Of a stretch of DNA of 64,000 bases, positions 60,255-64,000 are shown piece by piece. The notes beneath the pieces are model-generated. The model was not told the DNA's origin and made no database searches. It was given only the letters and a program-made list of their open reading frames with translations. Position 1 is the stretch's first letter; each line of letters starts with the position of its first letter. The position numbers and the translations under genes were made by a program. The stretch comes from Candidatus Thalassarchaeaceae archaeon (GTDB taxonomy: Archaea; Thermoplasmatota; Poseidoniia; Poseidoniales; Thalassarchaeaceae), in the NCBI GenBank assembly GCA_030749075.1, contig JASMKR010000006.1:3029-67028 (forward strand), in the 5' to 3' direction.

Positions 60255-60890
60255 ATGCCTGTGAGCGTTCCCGATATCTATGAGATTGATGACGTTCCTG
60301 CGGACGCCCGACTTCCAACCGAGCACGGAGACTTCAGAATCAAAGTCTTCCACGAGGATGAGACTGGCCTCGACCACGTTGCCCTATTGCTCGGAGAAAT
60401 GCGAGGACCAGATCCCGTTCTAGTCAGAGTTCACTCCGAATGTCTGACAGGGGACGCATTCGGTAGCCAGAGATGTGACTGCGGGGCTCAGTTGGACTCT
60501 GCCCTGCGACAAATCCAGGACGTGGGTTGGGGCTGTTTGGTCTACCTCCGTCAGGAAGGGAGAGGAATCGGCCTTCACGCTAAGATTCAGGCCTACAACC
60601 TTCAGGACATGGGGGCCGATACCATGGAGGCCAACCTGATGCTGGGGCACCCTGTTGATGCGAGGGACTACAAGATAGCTTCAGAGATTCTCGAAGGAGT
60701 CGGCATCGATAGGGTCTGCCTGCTCACCAACAATCCGGAAAAGGTCAGACAGTTGACGGATCACGGAATCAACGTCGTCGAGAGGATGCCCTTGGTGGTA
60801 GGTGTGGGCAACGACAACAGAGATTATCTGACCACCAAGGTGGAAAAGATGGGGCACGAGATCTGTGACGAAGTCCTGAACGGCGGATAG
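60255..60890 (+). CDS. ribA: GTP cyclohydrolase II
   Basis: VRVHSECLTGDAFGSQRCDCG, YLRQEGRGIGL, LLTNNPEK, YLTTKVEKMGH. Confidence 0.95.
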   Translation: MPVSVPDIYEIDDVPADARLPTEHGDFRIKVFHEDETGLDHVALLLGEMRGPDPVLVRVHSECLTGDAFGSQRCDCGAQLDSALRQIQDVGWGCLVYLRQEGRGIGLHAKIQAYNLQDMGADTMEANLMLGHPVDARDYKIASEILEGVGIDRVCLLTNNPEKVRQLTDHGINVVERMPLVVGVGNDNRDYLTTKVEKMGHEICDEVLNGG

Positions 60891-60966
60891 TGGGGCCGTG
60901 ACCGGGACTTGAACCCGGGCCGGCGGGACCACAACCCACCGTGCTAACCGCTACACCATCACAGCC
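60891..60966 (-). tRNA. tRNA-His(GTG), G-1 and CCA encoded
   Basis: Reverse complement: G-GCTGTGA...GTGGG-TT GTG GT-CCCGC...GGTTCAAGTCC...TCACGGC-C-CCA. Confidence 0.95.
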
Positions 60967-61073
60967 AAGTGTGCCCCCAGCGTGAGTCGGTCCGTATATC
61001 AACCGTTATGCATACATACCCACAACGCACTATCCACCAACGCCTTGAAGCGCGACGCGGGGTCGTTGAGTTC

Positions 61074-63440
61074 GTGCTAGGGGCTCGAAGGACGTCCGCT
61101 GTGCTGCTCTCATTGCTAATGATGGCATCAGCCTCGCCAATCGGAATGGCCGATACGGTGATCTCGGCCGAGTCAGTGGAACTGCTTCCTGCAGGAGGCT
61201 TCGATGACCCTGAGGAATGGGTGATTAGCACCACCACTGGATTCTCCACGAATCAAGCGGAATTCTCCATCGGAATGGTCGCAGACGGTGAGCTATCTTT
61301 CACCCATGCAAGGCCCGAAAACTTCGCCGAATTCACAGCATGGTCCAGCGCGAGTTCCACCGGCTCGAACGCGACCTTCGGAGAACCGGACGATTTCTAC
61401 TCTTGGTCGAAGGGACCGGATATCACAATGAGCGGATACTCGTTTCCCGGGCTGCATGACCTGAACATCGAGAACGTCTCACTGGTGCTGTACTTCTCAA
61501 TCCCTGACGCGCTGAATGAAGATGAGGTCAACGTCCTGATGCAAAATCATGGTGCTGATAGGCTGGTCCAGTCTTACGCAAGGACCCTAGATGGGATCGA
61601 CAGGATGGCCATTCCACTCGTCGTCTCTCTCGACGAGTACGTTGAATGGGACTGGGACAAGTTGGAGAGCACTCAGTTCACCGTCGACTATGTCTCGGTG
61701 GGCACCGATGACGACTCGGAGGTGAGGGTCGATGCAGTCGGTCTGCGAGTTAAATTCCACCAGCCTTGGTACTCCTTCGAGAATACCAGAGCGAAGCATG
61801 TTGCCCATAACATAGAGGCCCCGGTGTTGGATTTCGGTCCATTTGACGGGCATACCGTAGGACTGTCACAAGATTCGTGCGGCCTGACCCCAGATGGAAC
61901 GGGGGAGGCGTACTGGGCCTTCGAAGTCGAAGTCCCAGCCCAACAGGAACTAGGCAGAATCCACACCTATGGTAGTGGAAACCACACTATTTGGGCCGTG
62001 TCTGATGATATCGATGAGGACTACACCGAGATACGTTCAGGAGATCTTCTGAATCTATCCAATCCCCTCCTGCGGATACGCATAGACGTTGAAGACGGAT
62101 GCGTTTCGAGAGCGAGGGTGGATGTCAACGACCCGCAACTGGTAGTCGCGGGAAGCATCACTGGAAAGACTGGCGGACTTTCTGCTCCAGCGAGCTATGT
62201 CCTCTTCAGTATTGGCAACTACCTCGTTCACACTCGTCCAATGGAACTCGGGGAGTTCTCGTTCAGCGTCCCTATCGGGAATGCGCTTCCTGAAGTCGGT
62301 GATACTTTGGAGGTGGGCGTCGCAGCACGTTTCCAGTGGTCTTCCAACGGGACGGGGGAGACTACAGTCGTGCACATCAAATCGATGTCCATTTCGGGTG
62401 GCTACCACGTGGAATGGGACCTCGATCCCGAGTGTCTGGCCATGGATGATCTGCACCTGCAAGAGGACGAAGGCGGGCTTATCATCGCCATGCCGTCTCG
62501 CTGCATAGACGACATCACGACTGGAGAAGCCCTTACCGTGGCAGCAGAAAGCACGAATACCAGTCTCGTGAATGCCTCAGGAGAAGGCCACAACCTTAGG
62601 ATCCAGCCAAATTTAGACGCTTTTGGCTCTGCCACGGTGAACGTCTCGGTCAGCGATCAGCGTGGAAACTCATGGTCAGACTCCTTCATCGTCAATGTCG
62701 CTCCAGTGCCTGACCCACCTGTTATTGGGGGGCTGCCGCTGGCTGTGTACATCGAGCTCGGTGAGACCAGTATCATCGAACCAGCAATCTTCGATCCCGA
62801 TACAGACTCACTCGTCATATCGACCAGCCGATCATGGGCCACAGTTAGCCCCCAAGGGATTCTATCCTTGACTCCGGTGGAGCCGGGCGCGCAGACTCTG
62901 AGGCTCACAGTCAGCGACGGTACGACGGAGGTATCACAGGACATCGAGGTTATTGTTACGGCCAAGCCTGACCTAATGGTTGAGTCCGTTGAAGTGAGAT
63001 ACGGTGGAGTTTCCTCAGTCACACTTGTCCAGGGCGATGTAGTGGAAATCGTCGGTTTCGTCAGGAACGAGGGTCGTGGAGCTGCCTATGACGTGCCCTT
63101 TCACTGCCATCTCAATGGAATCCTAGTTGGTTCAGATTCGATAGACTCCATTGAGCCTGGAGGTCTGAAGATGGCTGTGTGTGACGCACAACTTAACGAG
63201 GCGAGCCAAGAATTGACCGTCATGGTAGAAATCGATGGAACAGCCTCGATTCAGGAGACTGACGAAACCAACAACCTGCTTGAAGCCATCATTACAGTCG
63301 AACAGCCAGATAATTCCGGTGGAAAGTCCGATCCCGGCAATGTCGTGATATTCATTTCCGTATGCATCATTCTCGCTTCCTTGGTCTTCCTCCAGATGGG
63401 CCCTCGTAGAGTGAAGAAGGAGTTCGAGCGTCGGAAGTGA
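61074..63440 (+). CDS. Secreted, membrane-anchored protein with cadherin-like Ig and CARDB domains
   Basis: Signal-like N-terminus from GTG 61074 (TTGAAG 23 nt upstream); FGSATVNVSVSD...VAPVPDPP; KPDLMVES...VRNEG...IQETDETNN; C-terminal TM with a basic tail. Confidence 0.82.
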   Translation: MLGARRTSAVLLSLLMMASASPIGMADTVISAESVELLPAGGFDDPEEWVISTTTGFSTNQAEFSIGMVADGELSFTHARPENFAEFTAWSSASSTGSNATFGEPDDFYSWSKGPDITMSGYSFPGLHDLNIENVSLVLYFSIPDALNEDEVNVLMQNHGADRLVQSYARTLDGIDRMAIPLVVSLDEYVEWDWDKLESTQFTVDYVSVGTDDDSEVRVDAVGLRVKFHQPWYSFENTRAKHVAHNIEAPVLDFGPFDGHTVGLSQDSCGLTPDGTGEAYWAFEVEVPAQQELGRIHTYGSGNHTIWAVSDDIDEDYTEIRSGDLLNLSNPLLRIRIDVEDGCVSRARVDVNDPQLVVAGSITGKTGGLSAPASYVLFSIGNYLVHTRPMELGEFSFSVPIGNALPEVGDTLEVGVAARFQWSSNGTGETTVVHIKSMSISGGYHVEWDLDPECLAMDDLHLQEDEGGLIIAMPSRCIDDITTGEALTVAAESTNTSLVNASGEGHNLRIQPNLDAFGSATVNVSVSDQRGNSWSDSFIVNVAPVPDPPVIGGLPLAVYIELGETSIIEPAIFDPDTDSLVISTSRSWATVSPQGILSLTPVEPGAQTLRLTVSDGTTEVSQDIEVIVTAKPDLMVESVEVRYGGVSSVTLVQGDVVEIVGFVRNEGRGAAYDVPFHCHLNGILVGSDSIDSIEPGGLKMAVCDAQLNEASQELTVMVEIDGTASIQETDETNNLLEAIITVEQPDNSGGKSDPGNVVIFISVCIILASLVFLQMGPRRVKKEFERRK

Positions 63441-63580
63441 GCCCCATTGGCACCCCATCCAGTGGGACGTTTGGCCGATAATCAATAAAATCTAGGCAAT
63501 GGTTATACCGGGAGTGGGGGCGAAATTGGGGTACCGCGCTCGACTATTTCGGTAGTCGGCCCGGTGGTGTGTGTGCGAAA

Positions 63581-63646
63581 ATGATGGTACTGAAGATACG
63601 TCTGGAGACTGACGAGTGGATTTACGAAGAGCACGAGGCGGCCTAA
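63581..63646 (+). CDS. Candidate 21-aa small protein MMVLKIRLETDEWIYEEHEAA
   Basis: TTATA box at about 63503, leader hairpin, GGTGGTG SD-like sequence; stop 3 nt before the convergent cbf5 stop. Confidence 0.4.
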   Translation: MMVLKIRLETDEWIYEEHEAA

Positions 63647-63649
63647 GGG

Positions 63650-64000
63650 CTATCTCTGTTCCTTGACCCAAGTCTGCGGGTAGATCCCTGGTGGCATCAT
63701 TACCGTCTGGGCTGTGGCCACCTGTCCAGCCCTCATTCTTGGCAACGAGTCCGTGGCCACGCTCAAAGTCGAAAGTGCCACGACTTCGCCCTTGAGGCTG
63801 TAAATCAGCACGCTGGATCCTGCTGACAGGTTCTTGGGGGCACTGACAACGCCCGGCCTAGCTAGTGGGGCGCCGTGAGATACCGCGGCAACTGCCCCAT
63901 CCTTAACAACGATTCTGGGAAGTTCGTCCAAGATGCTCTCCACTGGGGCGAGAATCCTAGTCAGGCCCCTTCCATCATCGTGTTCACGCCAAAGAAAGGT
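63650..64000 (-). CDS. cbf5: Cbf5/TruB pseudouridine synthase, C-terminal PUA part (5' end outside the window)
   Basis: PVESILDELPRIVVKDGAVAAVSHGAPLARPGVV...SLKGEVVAL...VMMPPGIYPQTW; frame open to the window edge. Confidence 0.9.
   Translation of the reverse strand, partial: TFLWREHDDGRGLTRILAPVESILDELPRIVVKDGAVAAVSHGAPLARPGVVSAPKNLSAGSSVLIYSLKGEVVALSTLSVATDSLPRMRAGQVATAQTVMMPPGIYPQTWVKEQR

Noticed and set aside
63581-63612. C/D-box sRNA (ATGATG...CTGA)
   Set aside because: The boxes are too close together to hold normal guide regions; the small-ORF reading fits better.

Overview
Chromosomal fragment of a GC-rich, gene-dense archaeon, most consistent with Marine Group II / Poseidoniales. 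This placement is inferred from archaeal markers (rpoL, EF-1beta, Cbf5, DUF2240, type A RNase P RNA) together with many large acidic TSP3-repeat surface proteins, MMPL transporters and a giant S8 protease. The left arm (1-25 kb, almost all minus strand) has three tandem TSP3-repeat surface proteins, hbd, a 2009-aa subtilase, tRNA-Gln, an acyl-CoA dehydrogenase, asnS, tRNA-Lys, rpiA, rnpB and an MMPL transporter. The middle (25-37 kb) has housekeeping genes, an NPA-less aquaporin-like protein, a Zn-finger microprotein missing from the ORF track and a HEAT/small-protein/DEAD-helicase operon. The right arm holds the best candidate for an undescribed system: a 5798-aa surface protein (nested beta-propellers, Ig and TSP3 repeats) whose cytoplasmic tail ends in a coiled coil plus helix-hairpin-helix (HhH) domain, directly after a soluble coiled-coil protein ending in the same HhH domain. 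It is followed by MscS and a low-GC, bacterial-type topoisomerase IB in a possible islet at tRNA-His, then a CARDB protein, a candidate 21-aa small ORF and the 3' end of cbf5. No CRISPR array, integrase, transposase or rRNA was seen. All calls come from reading motifs by eye; no database searches were run.
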